The translations under genes were made by a program, and so were the position numbers. A DNA stretch of 64,000 nt from Candidatus Binatia bacterium (GTDB taxonomy: Bacteria > Desulfobacterota > Binatia > DP-6). The notes beneath the pieces are model-generated. The model saw only the letters and a list, made by a program, of their open reading frames with translations. It had not been told where the DNA came from and did no database searches. Below, in pieces: positions 30,244-37,817 of the stretch. Location: NCBI GenBank assembly GCA_035295465.1, contig DATGIZ010000014.1, forward strand, positions 78,369 through 142,368, in the 5' to 3' direction. Numbering within the stretch: the first letter of the stretch is position 1; each line of letters opens with the position of its first letter.

Positions 30244-30947
30244 TGTGCGAGACTTGCGGCTGCGGCGACCCGGCCGTCGTGCCGGTCGACGTCCACGAGG
30301 CGCTGCTCGCCGGCAACGACCGCCAGGCGGCACACAACCGCGAGCACTTTGAAGCCCACGGCGTCCTGGCGGTGAACCTCATGGGGTCGCCCGGCGCGGG
30401 CAAGACGGCGATCCTCGAGGCCACCGCACGGGCCGCCGCCGGGTGGCGGCTGGCCGCGATCACCGGCGACCTCGCCACCGAGCACGACGCGCAGCGGCTC
30501 CGCGCCGCCGGCGTGCCCTCGGTCGGGATCACGACCGGCTCCGCCTGCCACCTCGACGCCGAGCTGGTACACCACGCGCTGCATCGGCTCCCGCGCGAGG
30601 CCGTCGACGTGCTCTTCGTCGAGAACGTCGGCAACCTCGTCTGTCCCGCGATCTACGACCTCGGCCAGGCGGTCAACGTGGTCGCGCTGGCGGTGACGGA
30701 GGGCGAGGACAAGCCGCTCAAGTACCCGGTGATGTTCCGCCGCGCGGACCTCGTGCTGCTCACGAAGATCGACCTGCTCCCGTACCTTCGCGACGTGGAC
30801 CCCGTGCGGATCGAGGACAGCCTGGCGCGCGTGATGCCGCAACCTCGGCTCCTCCCGGTTTCCGCCCTCACGGGCGCCGGGGTCGACGGCTGGCTCGCCT
30901 GGCTCGGGCTGCAGGATCGTTTTCCGCAACGGGGCTTGATGCGATAG
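30243..30947 (+). CDS. hypB: hydrogenase nickel incorporation GTPase
   Basis: 234 aa starting MCETCGCG (Ni-binding N-terminus); P-loop GSPGAGKT; ATG overlaps hypA stop by 1 nt. Confidence 0.9.
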   Translation: MCETCGCGDPAVVPVDVHEALLAGNDRQAAHNREHFEAHGVLAVNLMGSPGAGKTAILEATARAAAGWRLAAITGDLATEHDAQRLRAAGVPSVGITTGSACHLDAELVHHALHRLPREAVDVLFVENVGNLVCPAIYDLGQAVNVVALAVTEGEDKPLKYPVMFRRADLVLLTKIDLLPYLRDVDPVRIEDSLARVMPQPRLLPVSALTGAGVDGWLAWLGLQDRFPQRGLMR

Positions 30948-31005
30948 AGAACAGCGGCAGCCGGCGCCGTCGCACGGCCGGCGAGCTCGGAGAGGAGGAA
31001 ACGCG

Positions 31006-31353
31006 ATGCGCATGGTAGGAAGCTTGGGGTCCCGGGTGATGTTGGCCGGCTGCGTGGCGGTCACCGCGCTCGCGCCGCTGGCGCGCGCGGGCGAGGAGGC
31101 CGGGAAGGCGGTGTTCGAGAAGAGCTGCAAGGCCTGTCACAGCATCGCCGGCGAGGGGGGGAAGATGGCCAACGTCGGCGGGCCGCTCGACGGCGTCGGC
31201 GCCAAGCGCGATGCCGACTGGCTGCGCAAGTACATCCTCGACCCGAAGGCGGAGAAGCCCGACTCGAAGATGCCGAAGGCGAAGCTCACGGATCAGGAGC
31301 TGGCGGACGTCGTCGCCTATCTCGCGACACTGAAGGCCCCAGCCGCGAAGTGA
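31006..31353 (+). CDS. monoheme c-type cytochrome (paralog A)
   Basis: 115 aa; signal peptide; single CKACH; very similar to the protein at 41845..42177 (shared KxCKACHSIAGEGGKMA...VGxKRDADWLRxY...KMPKxKLTDQELxDxVAYLxTLK). Confidence 0.8.
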   Translation: MRMVGSLGSRVMLAGCVAVTALAPLARAGEEAGKAVFEKSCKACHSIAGEGGKMANVGGPLDGVGAKRDADWLRKYILDPKAEKPDSKMPKAKLTDQELADVVAYLATLKAPAAK

Positions 31354-31361
31354 GCCTGGCG

Positions 31362-31382
31362 GCCCCCCGGCAGCCGGGGGGC
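31362..31382 (+). terminator. GC-rich hairpin after monoheme cytochrome c gene (GCCCCCCGG-cag-CCGGGGGGC)
   Basis: perfect 9-bp stem, 3-nt loop, 9 nt after stop of 31006..31353; no clean U-tract, so factor-independent termination is uncertain. Confidence 0.4.
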
Positions 31383-31403
31383 GTGACCGGCACTTCTCAT
31401 CAC

Positions 31404-31435
31404 GACGGATGGCGCCGGACACGCGGGCCATCCGT
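31404..31435 (+). promoter_or_regulatory. second inverted repeat ACGGATGG-N16-CCATCCGT upstream of ImcH-like gene
   Basis: 8-bp perfect arms, about 35 nt upstream of ATG 31471. Confidence 0.3.
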
Positions 31436-31470
31436 CTGCCCGGCGCGATACCCGTCTCTGAGGAAGCCCG

Positions 31471-32991
31471 ATGACTGACCAAGCACCCGTGCGCGAGGTC
31501 CACCCGAAGGCCCCGGCGCTCACCGGCAACTGGCTGAGCATGGTCGGCATGCTGATCGCCGCCTGCAGCTTCTTCGCCGCCACGGTCCTCCTGACGATCA
31601 ACATGCTGGCTCCCTTCGGGAATCCCTACATGGGGATCCTCGTCTACCTGATCGCGCCGGCCTTCCTGCTGCTGGGGCTTCTGCTCGTGGGCACGGGAGC
31701 GTGGCGCGAACGTCGGCGCCGACGGCGGCTGGCCCCGGGCGTCGTGCCCCAGTTCCCACGCATCGACTTCAACCTGCCTCGCCAGCGCCGCATCGCCGTC
31801 ATCGGCACGGCCCTCGTCCTCGCGTTCCTCCTCGTCACTGCCGTCGGCAGCTACCAAACTTACGAGTACTCCGAGTCCGTCGCGTTCTGCGGGCAGGTGT
31901 GCCACGGCGTCATGCGGCCCGAGTACACCGCCTACCAGAACTCGCCGCACGCGCGGGTGGCGTGCGTCGCGTGCCACATCGGTCCCGGCGCGAGCTGGTT
32001 CGTCCGCTCGAAGGTGTCCGGCGCCTACCAAGTGTATGCCACGCTCACCGACGTGTACCCGCGCCCGATCCCCACGCCCATCGAGCATCTACGGCCCGCC
32101 CAGCAGACCTGCGAGCAATGCCACTGGCCGGCCAAGTTCTACGGCGACGCCGAGCGGGTCTGGCATCACTTCCTCTCGGACGAGCGCAACTCCCCGTGGA
32201 CGATCCGGCTGCTGATGAAGGTCGGCGGCGGCGACCCGACGCACGGCCCCGTGGGCGGCATCCACTGGCACATGAACATCGCCGACGAGGTCGAATACAT
32301 CGCGACCGACGCGAATCGGCAGACGATCCCCTGGGTGCGGATCACCCGGCGCGACGGCACCGTCACGGTCTATCAATCGCAGGATGCCCCGCTCACTCCC
32401 GCGCAGATCGCGGCCGCCGTCCCCCGCCGGATGGACTGCATCGACTGCCACGACCGCCCCTCGCACGATTACCTCGACCCCGCCCACGCGGTGGACATCG
32501 CGATGAGCATCGGCCGCATCGATCCGGCCATTCCGTTCATCAAGAAGGAAGCCGTGGCGGTGCTGGCGGAGAAGTACGCCAGCACCGCCGAGGCGCAAGC
32601 CGCCATCGCCGAGAAGCTGACGACGTACTACGAGACTCGATACGCGGACTTCACGGCCGGGCACCGGGCGATGATCACGCAGGCGATCGCCGGGGTCCAG
32701 GAAATCTACCGCCTCAACTTCTTCCCCGAGATGCACGTCGACTGGAAGGTGTACCCGAACAACATCGGCCACCTCACCGCCCCGGGCTGCTACCGCTGCC
32801 ACGACGGCAACCACGTGAGCGCCGACGGGGAGGTGGTCAAGCACGACTGCGACTCGTGCCACGTCATCCTCGCGCAGGGCTCGGCCGCCAAGCTCCAGCC
32901 CGAGCGGCTCGAGTTCGAGCACCCCGCCGACATCGGCGACCTGTGGCAGCAGATGAGCTGCGACCAGTGCCACACGGGCGGCCCATCATGA
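31471..32991 (+). CDS. ImcH-like inner-membrane seven-heme c-type cytochrome (NapC/NirT-related)
   Basis: 506 aa; three N-terminal TM helices then seven CxxCH motifs (CGQVCH, CVACH, CEQCH, CIDCH, CYRCH, CDSCH, CDQCH). Confidence 0.8.
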   Translation: MTDQAPVREVHPKAPALTGNWLSMVGMLIAACSFFAATVLLTINMLAPFGNPYMGILVYLIAPAFLLLGLLLVGTGAWRERRRRRRLAPGVVPQFPRIDFNLPRQRRIAVIGTALVLAFLLVTAVGSYQTYEYSESVAFCGQVCHGVMRPEYTAYQNSPHARVACVACHIGPGASWFVRSKVSGAYQVYATLTDVYPRPIPTPIEHLRPAQQTCEQCHWPAKFYGDAERVWHHFLSDERNSPWTIRLLMKVGGGDPTHGPVGGIHWHMNIADEVEYIATDANRQTIPWVRITRRDGTVTVYQSQDAPLTPAQIAAAVPRRMDCIDCHDRPSHDYLDPAHAVDIAMSIGRIDPAIPFIKKEAVAVLAEKYASTAEAQAAIAEKLTTYYETRYADFTAGHRAMITQAIAGVQEIYRLNFFPEMHVDWKVYPNNIGHLTAPGCYRCHDGNHVSADGEVVKHDCDSCHVILAQGSAAKLQPERLEFEHPADIGDLWQQMSCDQCHTGGPS

Positions 32992-33819
32992 GAACGCCAG
33001 GATCGTGAGCGTGAAGAGCACGAAGCCGGTCACGACCACGCTGAGGCCCAACAGGCGGCCGAAGTTGCGCAACCAGCGTTCCGGGGGTCGCGTCTCGAGG
33101 TCGCCCAAGCGTCCCGACCGCACCAAGCGCTCGAACTCCAGCGGCCGCTCCTCGCGCAGCTCTTCGCCGCTCACCCGGCCCGTGAAGATGACGAGATCCA
33201 TCGGGAACTTCTCGGGCCGCAGATGGGCGTTGAAGAAGTGGATGGTGAAGATGAACCAGACCGCGAGCAGCGCCTCCTCGGAGTGGACGATCAGTGCCAC
33301 ATTGAACATCCACCCGGGCAGGAACCTCGCGAAGAACTCCGAGAACCACAGCACGAAGCCTGACGTCCCGATGATGAACATGCCCCAGAACACGGCCCAG
33401 TAGTCGAACTTCTCCCAGTAGGTGAAGCGGTCGAAACGCGGCTTCGGTCCGAGGCCCAGAAACCATTTGACGTTCCCGTACAGGTCGACGAGGTCCTTGG
33501 GCTGCGGAACCAGGGACCCGGGCCCCCAGAACAGGCCCCGGCGGCGCTCGACGAGGGCCATCCACCCCACGTGCACCAAGTGGGTGAAGAAGCAGAGCGT
33601 GAGGGCGACCGCCGAGACCTTGTGAAGGAAGAGAATCGTCCCGAGGCCGCCCATCGCCTGCGCCAGGGCCGTCGCCCACGGGGCCCAGTTCAGCTTGATG
33701 GGAAGACCCGTTGCGGCGAGCCCGAGAAAGCTCGCCATCAGCACCCCGTGGAGAATCCTGTCGAAGAGGGAGATCCGCCAGAAGTAGCGACGGCGTGCGC
33801 TGGGGTCCTCCTGGGCCAT
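32986..33819 (-). CDS. dihaem b-type cytochrome membrane subunit (FdnI/HydC/Ni_hydr_CYTB-like; CbcL b-domain-like)
   Basis: 277 aa from MAQEDP (GGAGGGA RBS; alternative ATG 33831 overlaps upstream stop); 4-5 TM helices with paired His (ILHGVLMASF, FLHKVSAVAL, FTHLVHVGW, IVHSEE...IHFFNAHL). Confidence 0.75.
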   Translation of the reverse strand: MAQEDPSARRRYFWRISLFDRILHGVLMASFLGLAATGLPIKLNWAPWATALAQAMGGLGTILFLHKVSAVALTLCFFTHLVHVGWMALVERRRGLFWGPGSLVPQPKDLVDLYGNVKWFLGLGPKPRFDRFTYWEKFDYWAVFWGMFIIGTSGFVLWFSEFFARFLPGWMFNVALIVHSEEALLAVWFIFTIHFFNAHLRPEKFPMDLVIFTGRVSGEELREERPLEFERLVRSGRLGDLETRPPERWLRNFGRLLGLSVVVTGFVLFTLTILAFS

Positions 33820-33830
33820 CGATCCCTCCA

Positions 33831-35027
33831 TCAGCGCCGCCCGCGGCTCTCCCGCAGCGACCGCAAGAGCCACAACACGGTGTGAACGCCGAAGAACACG
33901 AACACGCCGACGAGCAGCATTCTCATCGACAGCGCCACGGCCCAGAGGCCGGGATTGCGCGCGCGGTCGCGGACGTCGGCGTGGGGTCGGTAGGCGACGA
34001 AGTTGACATTGGCCGCCGGATGGCACTTCCGGCAGGTGTCGACCAGGTGCGCGGGCGCGATGGAGGAGCGCGGGTCGGACGCCGGCAGCACCCGGTGCGC
34101 CTCGTGGCAATCGGGACACCGGGCGACCACGGTGAAGCCGAGGCCGGTGATCTGACCGTGGAAGCTGTCGCGGAACGTCGCGCGCGACTCGGTGTGGCAT
34201 GAGCCGCACTCGGAGACGGTGGCGACCTGCCAGCCGGGCGCGGTGACGTTCTGGATGCGATGCGCCCCGTGGCAGTCGATGCAGACCGGCGCGTCGCGCC
34301 GGCCTGCGTGGAGCGCGTCCCCATGGGAGCCTTGCAGGTAGGCGTTCTCGACGCCGGCGTGACACCGCCCGCAGGTCGCAGGGATGTTCGTCCTGAACAC
34401 CTTCGAGTCCGGGTCGTTCGCCGGGAGGATGTCGTGGGCCCCGTGGCAGCTCGAGCAGTTGGCCGCGACCAGGAGCCCCCCGCGGCTGACCGCGCGGCCG
34501 TGGATGGAGTCCATGTAGAGCTGGTACGCGTCGGCCACCGGGATGCCGTGACGTTCCGCAAGCGCACGGTCGCCATGGCAGACACCGCAGGTGCGCGGCA
34601 GGTTGAGCGGGTAGACCGGCGAGGTCGGGTCGGTCACCTTGGCGACGGCGTGCGGCGAGCCGTGGCAGCTCGTACAGGTGGCGGCGTCGGTCCCACCGGC
34701 GGCGCGTGCTCGCCCGTGCACGCTGCGGTCGTAGATGGAGACCACGTCACGATGGCATGCCGCGCACACCTGCGGCCCGAGGTGGGCCGGCGGCTCCTCG
34801 TGCGGCCCCGACACGCCGGCGTGGCAGCTCGTGCAGTCGAGCCCGGCGTGCTCCGACGCGCCGTAGGCGGCGGCGCCGACGAACAGCGAGCGTCCATCCG
34901 GCGCGGTCACCCCCTCCACGCCGTGACAGGCCAGGCACATCTCGTCGTTCTCGCCACCCCGCGCGGGGCGCGCGCCGAGAGCGAGCACGAGCACGGCGGT
35001 CCATACCACGGCACGAGCGGTGGATCG
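33831..35027 (-). CDS. membrane-anchored multiheme c-type cytochrome, 11 CxxCH (paired-CXXCH type)
   Basis: 398 aa from MRSTARAVVWTAVLVLALGA (signal peptide); 11 CxxCH motifs with CxxCHGxH spacing; C-terminal TM helix GLWAVALSMRMLLVGVFVFFGV. Confidence 0.85.
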   Translation of the reverse strand, partial: RSTARAVVWTAVLVLALGARPARGGENDEMCLACHGVEGVTAPDGRSLFVGAAAYGASEHAGLDCTSCHAGVSGPHEEPPAHLGPQVCAACHRDVVSIYDRSVHGRARAAGGTDAATCTSCHGSPHAVAKVTDPTSPVYPLNLPRTCGVCHGDRALAERHGIPVADAYQLYMDSIHGRAVSRGGLLVAANCSSCHGAHDILPANDPDSKVFRTNIPATCGRCHAGVENAYLQGSHGDALHAGRRDAPVCIDCHGAHRIQNVTAPGWQVATVSECGSCHTESRATFRDSFHGQITGLGFTVVARCPDCHEAHRVLPASDPRSSIAPAHLVDTCRKCHPAANVNFVAYRPHADVRDRARNPGLWAVALSMRMLLVGVFVFFGVHTVLWLLRSLRESRGRR

Positions 35028-35047
35028 CATCGTCGCCGTCCCGAACC

Positions 35048-36295
35048 TCACCGCGACGACGGTCCCTGCTCGTCGAGGGAGCGCATCTTGAGGTAGACGA
35101 CGGCGCCCACCACCGCGATCATCGCGAGCGGGATGAGCGCCATCCAGCGCCGGCTCCGCAGCTCCACGAGCGCCTCGTCGCCCGTGTGCGCCGCGTCGGT
35201 CGCGGTCTTCACCCCCGCGTCCGCCATCTTCACCAGCGACGCAGCATCGAACGCGTGGACCTGCGTGCGGGTCTTCACCAGGTCCTCGCGCGCGCTCTGC
35301 AGCGCAGCCTCGGCCTCGCTCACCTCCATGCCGGCGGCGCTGGCGCGCGACAGGGTGCCCTCGGCGACCGATACCGCGTCCTTCAACCGATCGATGCCGA
35401 GCCGCATCTGCTCGGCGGCGGCGTAGCCCGCGCTCTCGGGCGCGTGGCAGCTCACGCAGATCGCGGTGGCGCCCACGCCGAGCATCTCGTCGCTGGTGCG
35501 CATCACGAGGTGGTTGCCGTGACAGGTGACGCATTCGGGCAACCCGAGGCGGTCGAAGGCGGGATGATGCGGGCTCGCAAGGAAGAGATCCTTATTGAAG
35601 GCATGGCACTGCCCGCACACCGCCGCCACCGAGCGCGCCCCCGGCGGGTACGCGCCGTGGTTGCCGTGGCAGTCGTTGCAGGCCGGCGCCGCGACGTCGC
35701 GCTCGACGAGGAGCGTCTGCCCGTGCACGCTGCGCTGGTACTGGGCGAGCTGGTTGGTCGGAATGTGGTAGGCGGCCATATAGCGCGCGTCGGCGTGGCA
35801 GCGGCCGCACGTCTCGGGCACGTTCATCTTGTAGACCGGGCTCGTCGCGTCGCTCGCGGGCAGGATGCCGTGGACGCCGTGGCACGAGACGCAGGTCGCC
35901 ACGTTCGTGTCGCCCTGGCGCAGCCGCTGCCCGTGCACGCTCGTCCAGTAGGTCGCGAGCTGATCGACGGGCAGGCGCGGGTTGAAGCGGCGCATGTAAC
36001 CCTCGTCCGCGTGACATCGGCCGCAGAATTCGGGAACGCGAGCGCGCTCGGGCTTGCCGACGAAGCCCTTGGCCGCGTCCATGGACGACATGTCCGGATC
36101 CTTCGGGTCGCCGCCGTGGCAGTCGGCGCAGGAGAGCCCGGCCTTCGCGTGGACGTCCCGCTTCATACCCTCGACGGGGGGCCCGAGCGGCTCGGGCAGC
36201 TCCTTGTGGCAGTCCACGCAGGTGTCCTCGGCACGGGCCAAGGGGCCGCCGGCGACGAGCAGGAGTATCGCGACGATGACGGCGACCGGTCGCAT
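35048..36295 (-). CDS. membrane-anchored multiheme c-type cytochrome, 9 CxxCH (paired-CXXCH type)
   Basis: 415 aa from MRPVAVIVAILLLVAGGPLARA; nine CxxCH; coiled region then C-terminal TM helix ALIPLAMIAVVGAVVYL; stop 2 nt from cyt b... upstream gene stop. Confidence 0.85.
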   Translation of the reverse strand: MRPVAVIVAILLLVAGGPLARAEDTCVDCHKELPEPLGPPVEGMKRDVHAKAGLSCADCHGGDPKDPDMSSMDAAKGFVGKPERARVPEFCGRCHADEGYMRRFNPRLPVDQLATYWTSVHGQRLRQGDTNVATCVSCHGVHGILPASDATSPVYKMNVPETCGRCHADARYMAAYHIPTNQLAQYQRSVHGQTLLVERDVAAPACNDCHGNHGAYPPGARSVAAVCGQCHAFNKDLFLASPHHPAFDRLGLPECVTCHGNHLVMRTSDEMLGVGATAICVSCHAPESAGYAAAEQMRLGIDRLKDAVSVAEGTLSRASAAGMEVSEAEAALQSAREDLVKTRTQVHAFDAASLVKMADAGVKTATDAAHTGDEALVELRSRRWMALIPLAMIAVVGAVVYLKMRSLDEQGPSSR

Positions 36296-36297
36296 CG

Positions 36298-37368
36298 TCA
36301 GTACGGCTTGAAGTACGCGAGCAGCGTCATCACCACCATGAAGCCGAGCAGGAGCACGCCGCCCGCGGTCACCAGGGGGCTCGGCTCGCCGCGGGCGGCA
36401 CGCCGGTCGAGGAACGGAACGAGGACGAGCAGCCCGAAGACCGCTCCGAAGCCCAAGATGGCCACCTGCTCGCCCTCGAGCCCGAAGAGGCGTGGCGGCA
36501 CGTACTTGAAGCTCTGCGACATGAAGGTGAAGTACCACTCCGGCCGGATCCCGCTCGGCGCGGAGGCGAAGGGGTCCGCCTTCTGCCCGAGCTCCCAGGG
36601 GAAGAACGTCGCCAGCACGATCAGGACGGCGAGCACGGCGAGCCAGACGAGCACCTCGCGCAGCACGAAGTGGGGATAGAAGGGCATGTGGCGCGCCGTG
36701 CGCGCGCTGTCGCCGAGGCGCTCGCTCATGCCGTGAAGCTGGACCAGCGCCAGGTGGACGAGCAGGAGCAGCGTCGTCGCGAGCGGCAGGAGCGCCACGT
36801 GGAATCCGAAGAACCGGGTGAGCGTCGCGCCGCCCACGTTCTCGCCCCCGCGCAGCACGAAGCGCAGGACGGGCCCGACGCCCGGGACCTCCCCCATGAT
36901 GTCGGTGCCCACCTTCGTGGCGAAGAACGCGAGCTGGTTCCACGGCAGGAGGTAGCCCGAGAAGCCGAAGGCGAGCGTGAGCCCGAGGAGCCCGCAGCCC
37001 GTCAGCCAGGTCACCTCGCGCGGCGGCCGGTAGGCTTTCAAGAAGAACACGCTGAACAGGTGGGTGAACACGGCCGCGATCATCAGGTTGGCCGCCCAGG
37101 CGTGCAGCGAGCGCACCAGCCAGCCGAAGCGCACGTGCGCCATGATGAAGCGCACGCTCTCGAACGCCGAGTCCGGCGCGGGGCGGTAGTAGAGCAGCAG
37201 GAGAACGCCGGTCGCCACCTGGACGCCGAACAGGAAGAGGCTGGCGCCGCCGAAGTAGTACCAGATCGAGTGCTCGACGGGCACGAGCTTGTGCGCGAGG
37301 AAGTCCCGCGCCGCCCCGACGCGGAGCCGGTCGTCGAGCCACCTCCCGACGGTGCGCGCCACGCTCAT
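36298..37368 (-). CDS. cytochrome b of a Rieske/cytochrome b (bc-type) complex
   Basis: 356 aa from MSVARTVGRWLDDRL; ATG overlaps Rieske stop (ATGA); cytochrome b/b6 N- and C-domain motifs (HSIWYYFGG, RSLHAWAANLMIAAVFTHLF, HVALLPL, PEWYF). Confidence 0.9.
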   Translation of the reverse strand: MSVARTVGRWLDDRLRVGAARDFLAHKLVPVEHSIWYYFGGASLFLFGVQVATGVLLLLYYRPAPDSAFESVRFIMAHVRFGWLVRSLHAWAANLMIAAVFTHLFSVFFLKAYRPPREVTWLTGCGLLGLTLAFGFSGYLLPWNQLAFFATKVGTDIMGEVPGVGPVLRFVLRGGENVGGATLTRFFGFHVALLPLATTLLLLVHLALVQLHGMSERLGDSARTARHMPFYPHFVLREVLVWLAVLAVLIVLATFFPWELGQKADPFASAPSGIRPEWYFTFMSQSFKYVPPRLFGLEGEQVAILGFGAVFGLLVLVPFLDRRAARGEPSPLVTAGGVLLLGFMVVMTLLAYFKPY

Positions 37369-37808
37369 GCGCGCCGGCTCACCACCACCTGATCGCCGCG
37401 CACCGCCACCTCGAGCGCCTCGAGAGGCCGCGGCGGCGGGCCCGCCACGTTGCGGCCGGTGAGGTCGAAGCGGCCGTTGTGGCACGGGCACCACAGCAGC
37501 TCGAGGTCCTTGCGGTACTGCACCGTGCACCCCAGGTGCGTGCAGACCGCCGAGAACGCCCGCAGCTCGCCGCCCGCCAGGCGCACCACGATCGCGGGCC
37601 GCTCACCGAAGCGCACCACCTTCCCCGAGTCGAGCGGAAAGTCGCGCAGCTGGCCCACGACCGCCGTTCCGACGGCCGCCTCGGGCTGGTCGGCGGGCGT
37701 GACGTAGCGAACGATGGGGTAGAGAAGCACGCCGAGCAGGGAGCCGCTGCCGAGCGAGAGGAGCCAGTTGATGAGCCGCCGTCGCGACAGGCCGTCCGCT
37801 TCCGTCAT
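37365..37808 (-). CDS. Rieske [2Fe-2S] protein, Tat-exported
   Basis: 147 aa; twin-arginine motif SRRRLINWL; Rieske boxes CTHLGC and CPCHNG. Confidence 0.9.
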   Translation of the reverse strand: MTEADGLSRRRLINWLLSLGSGSLLGVLLYPIVRYVTPADQPEAAVGTAVVGQLRDFPLDSGKVVRFGERPAIVVRLAGGELRAFSAVCTHLGCTVQYRKDLELLWCPCHNGRFDLTGRNVAGPPPRPLEALEVAVRGDQVVVSRRA

Positions 37809-37817
37809 GCGCGCTCC

